Program-made: the position numbers and the translations under genes
Shown: positions 29,336 to 39,822 of the stretch, in pieces
Layout: every line of letters begins with the position of its first letter
How positions within the stretch are numbered: the first letter of the stretch is position 1
The notes under the pieces: model-generated
Database searches by the model: none
Told to the model about the DNA's origin: nothing
The model's input: only the letters and a program-made list of their open reading frames with translations
IMG/VR virus record: IMGVR_UViG_3300044878_000082
Coordinates: 48,940-112,939 of that record
DNA length: 64,000 bases
DNA from: a virus
Direction: 5' to 3' (one strand)

Positions 29336-30099
29336 CAACTACCCCCTTCGAACTTCGGAGTTTTCCAGACTGTACCACCCGGTGTCAGAGAGACTTGTGT
29401 CCCACCTACATCGAAGGCCAACTCGTCGATGGCTTTGATGTTAACCCGAGTCTTGTCCAAGATAACGTGGCAACCGTCTTGGTTAGCAATCAGGATCTTG
29501 TGTTCGTCCGAGTCAATCTGAACGATCTGCCCTACGTCATCTTGTAGCGTAAGGGTGGACTCCGCCGCATTGATCTGCGCGAGGTAGGCAAACTTCTCAC
29601 CGTTGGCTGTACTGGTCTCCACCGTGATGGTTTTCTGGTGGGTCGACACTTCCATGTAGTAGCAGCTATTAATGTCGATACCGGAAGTACCTTCATCTTT
29701 AGTCGCACTGAATGCAAAGACCACGGTCTCCAGCTTTCGCAAGTGTCCGTCGAGTCCAGCAATTGTCCAGTAGTACTTGTCGTCATCCGCAGCTTGCCAC
29801 AGGTAAACCCGTTCACCCCGTCGAACGTCTGGTGAGGTAACCCGGTTACTCCCGAGAGGTAGCCACGTAGCGGTCACCGTGCTGTCTACAATCGCTTTAG
29901 AGGAGAAACTCTGTCCCGACCCATCTACCCCTGACACTTCAACCGGAGTAGGGTTAGACTTCAGCTCACCGTTGAGCATGGACTGACTTTCAATCGGTGT
30001 AGCGTGAATCTCATTACACCAACTGCCGTCGGCGTTCTGCATGGGTTTGTTTTCAGCAACAATGCCCAAGGAGACAATCTTAAAACACGTACCGTCCAT
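29335..30099 (-). CDS. Baseplate central spike (phiKZ gp164-like)
   Basis: ATWLPLGSNRVTSPDVRRGERV OB-fold-type motif and beta-helix-like C-terminal half; coupled to PAAR. Confidence 0.85.
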   Translation of the reverse strand: MDGTCFKIVSLGIVAENKPMQNADGSWCNEIHATPIESQSMLNGELKSNPTPVEVSGVDGSGQSFSSKAIVDSTVTATWLPLGSNRVTSPDVRRGERVYLWQAADDDKYYWTIAGLDGHLRKLETVVFAFSATKDEGTSGIDINSCYYMEVSTHQKTITVETSTANGEKFAYLAQINAAESTLTLQDDVGQIVQIDSDEHKILIANQDGCHVILDKTRVNIKAIDELAFDVGGTQVSLTPGGTVWKTPKFEGGS

Positions 30100-30193
30100 T
30101 GAGGGACTCCTTAATAAAGGGCTTTCAAATCATACGTTAATTATTATCCACGCTCTGTACTCTATGTTAGTAACATTGGGGAAGCTATTTATA

Positions 30194-32650
30194 ATGCAAA
30201 TGCTAGAGATGTTAATGGAAGGCAGTCGTAGACTGATGCTGAATAACATCAAGCGCCTTCACTATAAGCCAACCGCACTGTACCAAATCATCTTAGGCAC
30301 TAACGGTAGTGGCAAGAGTTCTGTAGTCAACGATGCAACCCCGTTACCAGCCGACCCCAAGGATTACATCAAGGGTGGGATGAAGATGACGAAGTGGGAG
30401 CACGAAGGACACGAGTACGTTCTCACTTCTACCTTTAAGGGTAGCGCTAAGCATTCCTTCTTGAAGAACGGGGTAGAACTGAACCCTGGGGGCACCATCT
30501 CAGTCCAGAAAGAACTGGTCTGGCAAGAATTCCGTATCACCGACATGATCCACGAATTGATTACGGGTCAAGTCCTGTTCTCCGATATGTCCACTGCTGA
30601 TCGTCGTAAGTGGCTGACTATGCTCAGCGACACTGACTTCACCTTCGCACTGAACATGTTCAAGAAATACAGCAGCTCTGCCCGAGACGCACAGGGTACG
30701 TTCAAAGAGCTGTCTGAGCGTTTGGTTAACGAACAGAAGAAACTCAAAGCGTTGGGTGACACTGACGAGTGGGCAGCAGAAGCCGAACACCTCCAGAAAG
30801 AATTGGAGATCCTGTTCCTCAGTCGTTCCAACCGTAACCTCTCCGGTGGTGAGCAACGCATTGCCAAGATGATTGACTGGGAATGTCAGATGGCTGACCG
30901 TATGCTCGCAATGGGTAATCCCATTAAAGGCAAGTTCAGTTCCATGGAAGAACTCAACGACCGGATCAACACGCTGGATAAAGAAGCGAACCTCGTCAAA
31001 GGTTTGCGGGAGTGGACGACTGAAGCCCTCGAAGACTTACACCAGTTGCAGAAAACAGTGGAAGGTGGGGGTGTTGAGTCCCTAGAGGAAGCTGAGGCCG
31101 AGCTAGTGCGCTTACAAGCCACCGTAGACGAGCTACAGACGCATCTGGTGAAGTGGAAAGAGTTCGGGGAGGCTGACCCACGCGCTATGCTCAATTCGAT
31201 TGAGAGCGTACAGGAGGAGCTGTCAGACGTTCTGCGTAACATTCCGAACAACTCCGACAAACACTTCAATAAACAGACGGTACAAGAAGCTCGGGACTCT
31301 CGACTGGATTTCAAGAAGAATGTCGAACTCTTCGCTAACCGTGTGGCTAAAGAAGAAGCAACCCTCGAGCACATTGCTGGCGCTTGCAAGACCGAGTGTC
31401 CACAGTGTTCTTACGCATGGCTACCGGGTATCTCGGTGGGTCGACAGCAAGCGGCTGAAGATGCGGTCATCGAGTTCCGTCAGAAATGGCAGGATGCGAC
31501 CGACAACCTCCAAGCCGTAGAGAAGTACCTCGAGGAAGCCAGTGAGTTCTCTGGTTACTTCATGCGCTTCCGTGCTCTGGTCTCGAACAACCCGTCGCTG
31601 GAACTGTTCTGGAATGCGATGCTGGACGTCGATGCGGTCAACAACGATCCCAAGTCGTGGTTAGCCGAGTTCAGTGGCTTCTCTAAGGACGCTCGTGTCT
31701 GGTTGGAGATCCATACCGCGATGCAACGAATCGACAAGCTGGAGCTGACTGTAGACGCTCTACGCAAGTCCAACGGTTCAGAACAACTGTCGGTGCGGAT
31801 TGAACAGAACAACCAGAAGATCTCTGCTCTGACTGAACAGATGATCGAACTGGAAACCAGTCGTGGTGAGCTGGTGGTGATGCGTCAGAAGGCTGAGCAA
31901 CTGGTACAGATGGATGTTCAACTGCGTCAGGGTTATGACAAGTCTCAGGCGGCGTTCGATGACTACGTGGTCGAGATGCGTGATGACTCGATCGCTGAGG
32001 TGACACGTTCGTATCAGTCCCGTCTGGCTTTCCTGAACGGTAAGTTGAACGAGAAGAAAACCATCCAGTCGCTGTTGGAAGACATGGAGCGGTTCCGTTC
32101 TGAGGTTGAGTTGAAGCAAAAGGCCAACAAGCTGATTGCTGACATCCTCTCGCCGAAAGACGGTTTCATTGCTGAGCAGATGTCTGGCTTTATCGCAGGC
32201 TTCACTGAGCACTTGAATGCGATCATCGAGAACGTGTGGACGTACCAGATGGAAGTGCAGGCCTGTGGGATTGAGTCGGGTGAACTCAACTACCGTTTCC
32301 CTGTTCGGATTGATGGTGATCCCAATGGTCCTGACGATGTCTACCGGACTTCCAAGGGTCAGAAAGAAATGATCAACTTCTCATTCGTATTGTTGGTGAT
32401 GTTCTATCTACGTCTGACGAACTACCCGTTGTACCTAGATGAACTGGGCGCTACCTTCGATGAAACCCATCGCCTGAACGTGATGAACTTCATTAAAGAC
32501 TTGGTGGAATCGAAAGGTTTCTCTCAAGTGTTCATGATCTCTCACTACGCTTCTTCTCACGGTGCATTCACCCAAGCAGAAGTGATGGTGATGGATTCGA
32601 GTAACATCTCTGTCCCGGTGAAACACAACCAACACGTTACAATGGTCTGA
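30194..32650 (+). CDS. sbcC: SbcC/Rad50-like SMC ATPase
   Basis: Walker A GTNGSGKS, coiled coils, zinc hook CPQC, signature SKGQ, Walker B LYLDE, H-loop ISH. Confidence 0.9.
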   Translation: MQMLEMLMEGSRRLMLNNIKRLHYKPTALYQIILGTNGSGKSSVVNDATPLPADPKDYIKGGMKMTKWEHEGHEYVLTSTFKGSAKHSFLKNGVELNPGGTISVQKELVWQEFRITDMIHELITGQVLFSDMSTADRRKWLTMLSDTDFTFALNMFKKYSSSARDAQGTFKELSERLVNEQKKLKALGDTDEWAAEAEHLQKELEILFLSRSNRNLSGGEQRIAKMIDWECQMADRMLAMGNPIKGKFSSMEELNDRINTLDKEANLVKGLREWTTEALEDLHQLQKTVEGGGVESLEEAEAELVRLQATVDELQTHLVKWKEFGEADPRAMLNSIESVQEELSDVLRNIPNNSDKHFNKQTVQEARDSRLDFKKNVELFANRVAKEEATLEHIAGACKTECPQCSYAWLPGISVGRQQAAEDAVIEFRQKWQDATDNLQAVEKYLEEASEFSGYFMRFRALVSNNPSLELFWNAMLDVDAVNNDPKSWLAEFSGFSKDARVWLEIHTAMQRIDKLELTVDALRKSNGSEQLSVRIEQNNQKISALTEQMIELETSRGELVVMRQKAEQLVQMDVQLRQGYDKSQAAFDDYVVEMRDDSIAEVTRSYQSRLAFLNGKLNEKKTIQSLLEDMERFRSEVELKQKANKLIADILSPKDGFIAEQMSGFIAGFTEHLNAIIENVWTYQMEVQACGIESGELNYRFPVRIDGDPNGPDDVYRTSKGQKEMINFSFVLLVMFYLRLTNYPLYLDELGATFDETHRLNVMNFIKDLVESKGFSQVFMISHYASSHGAFTQAEVMVMDSSNISVPVKHNQHVTMV

Positions 32651-32779
32651 TTACCGCACTAATGGTTTGATAACTCCACCTTCACGTATAAGGTGAAAGG
32701 AGCGTCAACCACCGCTCAGTCACCACCCTAACGCTGGGCGGTGCGGTACTCTTTTAAACCCACTGTAAAGGTAATACGC

Positions 32780-33463
32780 ATGAACCTTATTGAAACTCTG
32801 GTCAGCAAGGCCGCTGAGGAAGCTTGCGAGTTGGGTAAAGCTCTCTTGAAGCTGAACTCTGCTGGCATCAAAGCCACTGACTCCGAATCGGGTGAGCCGC
32901 TGGTCCTCGATGCGATCAAGCAGCTCAACGAAATCCTGGCCTGTGTGGAACTGCTGCGTGACCGTGGTATTCCTCTGGCTGGTATCGGTGATCCGGTAGC
33001 CATCGGTGAAGCCAAAGGTGCAATCGTTCAGGATATGGAAGAGGCCATGAAGAATGGTACTCTGGTTCTGTCCGAAGACGACCAAAACCCACGCCCTGAA
33101 GGGGTGAACGACGCTAGCAACGGTATGCCAGAAGATGGCGCCGGTGGCGACGGAGACCAAGGCAATGGCGACGATCAAAACCTGGGTGCTGATGGCACTG
33201 ACCCAAGTGGTGCTGACGGTACTGCTGACGACACCGGCACTGGCGATGGTTCCGACGACCTCGGCGACAACGCTGGTGGTGGAGACGATTCGGGTGACGA
33301 GGAAGGCTCCGGCGACGATACTTCCGGTGATGACACCGGCACCGGGGACGATGTCGGAGACGACGACCTGGAAGAGGAAGAGTCAGAAGATGACGAATCC
33401 GAAGAAGACGACGACTCTTCTGAAGAAGAAGAGGAAGAAGAACCTGGTACTAACGACGTGTAA
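32780..33463 (+). CDS. MazG-like helical domain plus long acidic tail
   Basis: AEEACELGKALLK and QLNEILACVELL segments; C-terminal ~130 aa dominated by D/E/G/S/T. Confidence 0.55.
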   Translation: MNLIETLVSKAAEEACELGKALLKLNSAGIKATDSESGEPLVLDAIKQLNEILACVELLRDRGIPLAGIGDPVAIGEAKGAIVQDMEEAMKNGTLVLSEDDQNPRPEGVNDASNGMPEDGAGGDGDQGNGDDQNLGADGTDPSGADGTADDTGTGDGSDDLGDNAGGGDDSGDEEGSGDDTSGDDTGTGDDVGDDDLEEEESEDDESEEDDDSSEEEEEEEPGTNDV

Positions 33464-33475
33464 TAAGGCGGCTTA

Positions 33476-33841
33476 ATGATGAGTGATCTCGATTCGCTGG
33501 GTGTAGTGGAAAAGGTTGAAGACTTCTTACTGGAGCAGCACGAGCTGATCTCTGGGGTACCGATCTTCTACATCCCAAAACGTGATGGTGTCCCGTGTGC
33601 CATTGGTGACTGCGAAGTACTCGAAGCGTATAACTACTGCTTCTCTCCGGTTGCTATGGACATTCAGGTAACACCATGTATGGAAGTGGCGTGGGATCAC
33701 TACGCAGTCTGCCTGTACCGTGGGGTGATGGGTCGAGCTACAGCAGCTTTCGGTTTCTCAGGTTCCGACCTGAACGCCAACAAGCTGGGGTGGTTCTCTC
33801 GTTACCCTGACCAAGATCTTCGTTGGGAGTACTCCGTGTGA
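33476..33841 (+). CDS. Hypothetical protein
   Basis: 121-aa ORF tiling the operon. Confidence 0.6.
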   Translation: MMSDLDSLGVVEKVEDFLLEQHELISGVPIFYIPKRDGVPCAIGDCEVLEAYNYCFSPVAMDIQVTPCMEVAWDHYAVCLYRGVMGRATAAFGFSGSDLNANKLGWFSRYPDQDLRWEYSV

Positions 33842-34350
33842 GTAGAGCCTTCGTTCATGGTTACATTCCCCAGTCTGCGCTGTTCCAGTACCACCCGGCT
33901 TACGCACGCATGCGTGATGGGTTGTTCAAGGACCACCGCGACATGACCTTCAACCGAACCTTTGATGGTGAAAACCAACTTACGTTCGAGATGACCGTGA
34001 ACGCCCTGCTCCACATGTTTACTGAAGCGGGAGTTGTACTCCTGTTCAGTCAGCCGGAGATAGTGGCGGAGCAACTGCAACGTGCTAACGAATTCGCTTA
34101 CGAGCTTTGTATTGATCGTGGGCGTAATCAGTTTGACCTTCAAGTCACACTGGCCGTGCTGTACGTGCAGTTACTGTTCCCAGTGACGAACAACCGTCGT
34201 CAGGCTCGCCAGAAAGCCATGGAACGTTTCTTGACTCGAGACCTGCACGGTGTCTGGTCGGATGCTTTCATTGCCTGGTTGGTCGAGTTGCTATTCGTTC
34301 AAGAGTACGCCAACTCCCGTGGAATCACGTACTTCCGTTTCGTCGCATAA
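33838..34350 (+). CDS. Hypothetical protein
   Basis: GTGA overlap with the upstream stop, GGGAG RBS; ends at a hairpin. Confidence 0.6.
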   Translation: MSRAFVHGYIPQSALFQYHPAYARMRDGLFKDHRDMTFNRTFDGENQLTFEMTVNALLHMFTEAGVVLLFSQPEIVAEQLQRANEFAYELCIDRGRNQFDLQVTLAVLYVQLLFPVTNNRRQARQKAMERFLTRDLHGVWSDAFIAWLVELLFVQEYANSRGITYFRFVA

Positions 34351-34383
34351 AAGGAGAGGGCGCGAGCCCTCTCCCTATGCCGT
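34345..34383. terminator. Bidirectional hairpin with GCATA/TATGCC flanks
   Basis: GCATAAAA-GGAGAGGGC-GCGA-GCCCTCTCC-CTATGCCGT. Confidence 0.8.
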
Positions 34384-34997
34384 CACAAAATGTTGTGTGC
34401 CTTCAACAGATCCACCAACACTTGGTTCTGTTCAGTCAACGTCGTCACCTGTGCCCGGAGTGCAATGTTCTCAGCCCGATAGGTGGTGCGTCGATTGATT
34501 GCCGCCAAGCGTGCTACTTCAGCCACTTCGTGTTGCGCTGGAGTGATCAGCCCTGAAGAAGCAGCCCGATGGATTTTCACCACAGGTTCTTTCCCCACGA
34601 CGTCAGAAGCCAACCCAGCGATCTCCAGTTGCAAGTTCGCCAGATTCATGAAGTCCGGCAAAGCACCGAAGTCCAATGAGCACACGATGTGGTTGTAGGT
34701 TACTGCGTCGAAGTTGGGGAACGACTCGATGTAAGAATCCGGTACGTAGATCGGAGACTCAGTATCGGACATCAGGGTGACAATCTTCTTGCCAGCCTTA
34801 TAGTCACGGTCGTATTCCACCTTGGTCAGGCCAGCGTGGATATAGATGTTGTTGAGGACATCCACGTCACCAGCCAAACACTCGTCAAACGTACGCAGAG
34901 CCGAGCACGTATAAAGGACGGTAGGTAATGCGGTGAAAGGTTCAACTAACGTGTAGCGACCTCTCGTTAACAGCGGAGGAGTGATACCAGCCATCAT
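34383..34997 (-). CDS. Conserved phiKZ-like (probably virion) protein
   Basis: IYVPDSYIESFP and LDFGALP motifs; C-terminal coiled coil. Confidence 0.65.
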   Translation of the reverse strand: MMAGITPPLLTRGRYTLVEPFTALPTVLYTCSALRTFDECLAGDVDVLNNIYIHAGLTKVEYDRDYKAGKKIVTLMSDTESPIYVPDSYIESFPNFDAVTYNHIVCSLDFGALPDFMNLANLQLEIAGLASDVVGKEPVVKIHRAASSGLITPAQHEVAEVARLAAINRRTTYRAENIALRAQVTTLTEQNQVLVDLLKAHNIL

Positions 34998-35002
34998 TCA
35001 CC

Positions 35003-36322
35003 TCAGATGTCGAGCATTGAGTACTTGGTCACGACCAGATACAGAATGTCATTCATGGACGCCGCAATGTAAACGATACCATTACGAGTAACCCGAGACA
35101 TGCCGAGTGGAATGTCGGAGAACAGCGTAGCCTTTTCCGCAACGATCAGCATCGAGTACAGCAGGTTGACGAAGTCTTGCGTCGCCAATTGCATCCGGTT
35201 GAAGTCTGGGGAGTTGGTCGACACGTTGATGTAGTCAGGCCACTGGTCGTTGAACTTGCTCACGCCACCACGGTTGTACGGACCACCAACAACAGACATA
35301 GCCAACGAACCGTACAGCACGCTCGAGACACACAGGTTCTCGTCGATGTGGAGTTGGGTGTAGTTCTTGCCCTTGATGGTCAGGTTCGAAACCGAGATGA
35401 CGTCTTTAGCCCGAACAGTTGGCGAGTACACACCGTTGATGATCGTCTTTTGTTCGATCGCTACTTCGTCCCAGAACGGGGTAACAATGAACTCAGTCGA
35501 CGTGAAGATGTCTGGAAAGATGTCCATCCATTCTTCTTCGGTATGTTGTGAGTTAGCCAGAATCCATTTGGCCAGTTCTTGCTTGATGATGTCTGGGTTA
35601 TTACCCGCCGGACCCCAGATGATGATGGTCCAGTTGGTGTCCAGAGAAATGAATGGCGCGAGCTGAGCGAAGTACTTGTAGACCTTGTTCATCATCACGG
35701 TTTCAGGCTTACGGTTTTTCAACACGTCAGCCTTTTCCAGAGCAGAGGTCAGAGACCACGCTTCAACCGCCGCCTTCACGATCAGGGGGTCTTTGAAGAA
35801 GTCGTCCAGCACGGCGATGGGTGGAACGAAACCAATTTCGTACTCATCGTACTGACGACGGAAAGAGTCATCGGCATACCACAGACGTACACGGTTGTCC
35901 TCAGCATCGTTCAGCTTGTAGCTGACCCACTCAGGCATCCAGCGCACACCGTCACCGACGATCTCACCGAAAGCCAACTCCAAGTGAGTCTGGCCGAAAC
36001 TGGCGATCATCGCTGAAGCGAAGGCATCACGATCTTCGGAGATCTCTTGTGCCAAGGACTTGGTGTAGATCCATTGGCTGAGATTCAGTGCAGCGTTCTG
36101 GTGGATTACCGGAGTAGTGATCTGAGTTTCAGCACCATCGACCGCAGTACGTTGACTCAGGAAACTAACTAGTTTAGAATCAGCGTACAGTGGGTTGGTG
36201 TATTGTCCCTTCTCCTTAGAGAAGGTTGCACAATGGGTTGAGAGTTCCCCAAGAGGTGCAATTACGTCGAATGAGTTGTTAGCCAATGGCGCGAAGACCA
36301 TAAACCCTTTAAGATTATACAT
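35003..36322 (-). CDS. Virion structural protein (phiKZ gp157-like)
   Basis: MYNLKGF start after GAGGT; PLGELS, FRRQYDEYEI, WGPAGNN and FPDIFTSTEF motifs. Confidence 0.7.
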   Translation of the reverse strand: MYNLKGFMVFAPLANNSFDVIAPLGELSTHCATFSKEKGQYTNPLYADSKLVSFLSQRTAVDGAETQITTPVIHQNAALNLSQWIYTKSLAQEISEDRDAFASAMIASFGQTHLELAFGEIVGDGVRWMPEWVSYKLNDAEDNRVRLWYADDSFRRQYDEYEIGFVPPIAVLDDFFKDPLIVKAAVEAWSLTSALEKADVLKNRKPETVMMNKVYKYFAQLAPFISLDTNWTIIIWGPAGNNPDIIKQELAKWILANSQHTEEEWMDIFPDIFTSTEFIVTPFWDEVAIEQKTIINGVYSPTVRAKDVISVSNLTIKGKNYTQLHIDENLCVSSVLYGSLAMSVVGGPYNRGGVSKFNDQWPDYINVSTNSPDFNRMQLATQDFVNLLYSMLIVAEKATLFSDIPLGMSRVTRNGIVYIAASMNDILYLVVTKYSMLDI

Positions 36323-36402
36323 GTAAGGACCTCGAGGGTGGGTAGGGTTCAGTAAGAATTTACCTATACCATTCTTGAGCATTAGACGGAGCAAAGTTTA
36401 CC

Positions 36403-36825
36403 ATGATCGCCAATGCTGTTCTTTTGTTCAAGTTTCTTTTGAAGCTGTGGCCATTTGTGAAGGAAGTGTTCTTCAAGAACAAAGACTTCCAAGCGGCTAT
36501 CGTCAGCAACAAAAGTATCGTAATGCTGCTCTGCTCATCGTTGGTGCTCCTGTTGTTGACTGTAGGTAACGCTAAGAGTTCTCATGAGTATGCTCGGTTG
36601 TACGATCGAGTGTTGAGAGAGAGTCGAGAGACTACTACGAAGTACCAGAGTCTGATTACTGACCACGCCGATCTGGCTGGTAAGTGCGAAGCCCTGCGTG
36701 ATGAACACCACTCGCAAGAGATAGATCATGCTGCCGTGAAGGCTGAAAAGATCTGGCTGGAGAAACGTGTTGCTGATTTGGAGTTGAGTCTCGAGTACGA
36801 ACGTAACCGAGGCAAGCGCAAGTAA
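36403..36825 (+). CDS. Membrane protein with C-terminal coiled coil
   Basis: GGAG RBS; LWPFVKEVF; hydrophobic IVMLLCSSLVLLLLTV. Confidence 0.65.
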   Translation: MIANAVLLFKFLLKLWPFVKEVFFKNKDFQAAIVSNKSIVMLLCSSLVLLLLTVGNAKSSHEYARLYDRVLRESRETTTKYQSLITDHADLAGKCEALRDEHHSQEIDHAAVKAEKIWLEKRVADLELSLEYERNRGKRK

Positions 36826-36880
36826 GTAATTACGGTCACCACGAATCTCTTGAGAAGAACTAACTTTTAGGAACAACCCG

Positions 36881-38413
36881 ATGAGCAAAGAGGAAGCAAG
36901 CCTTCACGCCGTGATCTACACCGACGGTGGCTGTAAGCCGTCTCGCGGCGTTGGTGGCTGGGGTATCCACGGATACATCTATACTACCGAGAAAGGGAAA
37001 CAAGGTACTGGGTGTCCCCAACAAGTCACCAACTTTGGGTACATCGAGCCAGCGGAGGGAGCAGCCGGTAGCTCCTTCTTTAACTACAAGTCTGCGGATC
37101 GTGATCCTGAGGTCGAGCGTTTTACCGACCCACAGATCAGACTCGTTACTCCACTGCGTTATGTGGATGGGTACGGTTCGCAAATCCCGGAGTCGACCAA
37201 CAACATTGCCGAAGTCACTGGTTTGCTGGAAGCCTTACAGGTTGCCATCGAAGAGAAAGTGGAAACGGTGATGCTGGTGATCGACAGCAAATATGCCCTG
37301 AATGGCCTGATGAACTGGTCGGGTAAGTGGGCAGCCAACGGTTGGGTTCGTCCTGACACCACACCAGTGGCAAACGCTGAGCTGTGGAAACTCGTTGTGG
37401 AAGCCAAACGTATCCTCGTAGAACGGGGTACAGAGATCTTCACGCGTTGGGTACGGGGTCACAGTGGCGATCTCGGTAACGATGCGGTTGACCTGTTGGC
37501 TACGTCGGCAGTGATTGCCGGCAAGAAAGGTTTGTCGATTCGTTCTGTTGAACTGGTTGAAGCAAAAGGTTACTGGAGCTTCAAGGCCGATTACAACCGC
37601 ATGATCTCGCATCCATACTGGTACTTCAATACCAACGTGGGCGGCACTCAGAAGAGTCCGGACGGTCGTGTGGTCTACTACCTCGGTGAACACGGTGCAG
37701 AAGACGATTTCGTAGGCAAGCCTGTCAGCTCGGCTTCCTTCTCGGTGCTGTTCCTCAAAGAGCGCAACCCTGTACTGGAGATGATCACCGCACACCAGGA
37801 TTCTCTGGACACCGGTGGCTTCAACAGCATGGTCATCGGTCGACTCAGCAACATTACCTCGGCTAAAGTCTACACCGAGTTGGAGAAGTATGGGGCTCAG
37901 TTCCTCCACAACGCCAACTACGGGAAGATGGATCTGTTCACGCCGAATGACTTGCTCCTGACGAAAGAACTCCGTCCGCCTCGTATCGCCTTCCGTGTGA
38001 TGCAGCAGATGGGCGTCATGGAAAGCATGTTGATCGACTATATCAGCAACCCTACTGCGAAGGGGGTCGTTGTTAACGACATTACAGGTCTACTCTATGA
38101 GGTGAATACCGCCAAGAAGAAACCTGTTACGAAGTTGCTCCCTGCAATCAACAGTACGGTCAAACGTCTGGAGATTGAAGCGGCGTATGACACAGGCGCG
38201 AAGGCGGGTGTGTTTAAGCTCCCGGTTACGATCGGGATCGACATTGCAAACCGTAATACGCTGTCGGCGTTGGCGGCCTTGAATCCCAAAGTCCATTTGA
38301 TCACATGGCGTGAGAGCGATACGGCCTTCCGTTACGCTACCATCATTCAGACGGACGATGACATTGGTATTTGGGCTGGTATTTATTCCAACATTTGTCT
38401 ATTGACCAGTTGA
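36881..38413 (+). CDS. rnhA: Ribonuclease HI with large C-terminal extension (phiKZ gp155-like)
   Basis: IYTDGGC, TNNIAE, IDSKY, W..NGW, VANAELW and WVRGHSGDLGNDAVDLLA motifs. Confidence 0.92.
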   Translation: MSKEEASLHAVIYTDGGCKPSRGVGGWGIHGYIYTTEKGKQGTGCPQQVTNFGYIEPAEGAAGSSFFNYKSADRDPEVERFTDPQIRLVTPLRYVDGYGSQIPESTNNIAEVTGLLEALQVAIEEKVETVMLVIDSKYALNGLMNWSGKWAANGWVRPDTTPVANAELWKLVVEAKRILVERGTEIFTRWVRGHSGDLGNDAVDLLATSAVIAGKKGLSIRSVELVEAKGYWSFKADYNRMISHPYWYFNTNVGGTQKSPDGRVVYYLGEHGAEDDFVGKPVSSASFSVLFLKERNPVLEMITAHQDSLDTGGFNSMVIGRLSNITSAKVYTELEKYGAQFLHNANYGKMDLFTPNDLLLTKELRPPRIAFRVMQQMGVMESMLIDYISNPTAKGVVVNDITGLLYEVNTAKKKPVTKLLPAINSTVKRLEIEAAYDTGAKAGVFKLPVTIGIDIANRNTLSALAALNPKVHLITWRESDTAFRYATIIQTDDDIGIWAGIYSNICLLTS

Positions 38414-38427
38414 ACTGAGAACGCCCT

Positions 38428-38835
38428 ATGAACCCTATTACCTCCATCACGGAGCGGGTAAGTCGTCTTAACCACAGACTGCTAACTCGTCTCTTGCGGG
38501 TAGGGTTGCCACGGTATGGCAAAAGACTGTTCTTTGTAGTCAGTCTTTTCGCCGGCTTGAAGCAACTCTCCCACACCGAGTTGAAAGATCTTGAACTGCT
38601 GAATGAGAAGATGGGTTTGGCTTCTTGTGCTGAAGCTCTTGAGATTCCAGCTCTATTCTCCAAACGGATTTGGCAGAACTGTGACTTGGACAAAGCTGTT
38701 GCCTGTGGTTCGCTTAAAGCGGGTGCTGATCAGGTAGTGCAAGCGATGCCCTCATGGATGCAATACGGCGACACTGCCAAAATGGTAGAAGATGCCCGAA
38801 CTGTCATTCAAACGGCACGGTTGGGGTTGGCCTAA
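38428..38835 (+). CDS. Hypothetical protein
   Basis: 135-aa ORF between RNase H and a hairpin. Confidence 0.6.
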   Translation: MNPITSITERVSRLNHRLLTRLLRVGLPRYGKRLFFVVSLFAGLKQLSHTELKDLELLNEKMGLASCAEALEIPALFSKRIWQNCDLDKAVACGSLKAGADQVVQAMPSWMQYGDTAKMVEDARTVIQTARLGLA

Positions 38836-38843
38836 TAAAGCCA

Positions 38844-38893
38844 GCATAGCAGACTGACTACCTAGCCTCAGCCGGGTAGTCAGTCTTTATGAC
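38844..38893. terminator. Bidirectional hairpin with GCATA/TATGA flanks
   Basis: GCATAGC-AGACTGACTACC...GGTAGTCAGTCT-TTATGAC. Confidence 0.75.
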
Positions 38894-38895
38894 GC

Positions 38896-39708
38896 TTACA
38901 AGCGCTTCAATGCATCAACCGACGCCTGAACCGTACTGGCCAGTTCAGTCATCAGGTAGCCGGTGATCGAGTAGAATTCCACCGAGCGAGCAACAATCAG
39001 GCAACGCTTAGCCAGTTCCGAGATGGTGATACCGGAAGCCTTGTAGACTTCTGGTTCTTCCTGGATGCGCTGAGCCAGCTTGAGCAGTTGTTCGTTCAGG
39101 GTGTCCACTTCGTTCAGTACCGCAGTGCGGTTAACGGTTTGGTAGCCCACGACCAGTTGGTTGGTCTTCGTCAGGATCTCGTCCCATTCAGCGTTTTGCT
39201 TCACGAGCTTACCGTACTCGTGTTTGGTCTGGGAGCTGGCGCGGTTAACGCACTTCTCCAGAGCCTTCTTGCACTTGTCGATGTCGGAGTCGTCAAACTT
39301 CAACACGTCCTGCTTGACAGCGATGGTGCTGAGCGACTCAGGGTCGCCCAAGAGGCTTCCGATCCACGCGTTGAACGGTACCAGTTGTTCGGCGTAGACT
39401 TCCTTAGCGAGCGCTACAGAGCCTTCTACGGCGTTCAGGTAATTGAGGTACGTGGTTTGCAAACCAGCGGGACCGTAGATCGCTGTCTTACGATGGGCTG
39501 AGTAGTCCACCGATTTAGCGATGCTGGTTTTCTTGTCGCACTTAACCAACGGGATCAACATCTGATCGTTGGCGAGGTACGAACTGATAGTGTCGCCAAT
39601 GCCACGAGCGTACGCAGGGAAGACTTTGGTCAGTGCAGTCAGAGAAGCACGTAGGTTAAACGCCTCCATTGACAGGACACTGGCCTGTTGTTCTAAAGAG
39701 ATTTGCAT
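38896..39708 (-). CDS. Virion head protein (phiKZ gp153-like) with S-x-E processing sites
   Basis: ISLE and LSME near the N-terminus; helical; divergent from uvsX. Confidence 0.7.
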   Translation of the reverse strand: MQISLEQQASVLSMEAFNLRASLTALTKVFPAYARGIGDTISSYLANDQMLIPLVKCDKKTSIAKSVDYSAHRKTAIYGPAGLQTTYLNYLNAVEGSVALAKEVYAEQLVPFNAWIGSLLGDPESLSTIAVKQDVLKFDDSDIDKCKKALEKCVNRASSQTKHEYGKLVKQNAEWDEILTKTNQLVVGYQTVNRTAVLNEVDTLNEQLLKLAQRIQEEPEVYKASGITISELAKRCLIVARSVEFYSITGYLMTELASTVQASVDALKRL

Positions 39709-39822
39709 GGGGTCACCTTAAGTGGGAAAGCTCGGTTGAGCAAAGACACATAAAATTAAACTCACGGGACGTATCAAATGAGTTTAAACAATACTTTTCC
39801 ATTCCACATCAGTGAGTAAAGC

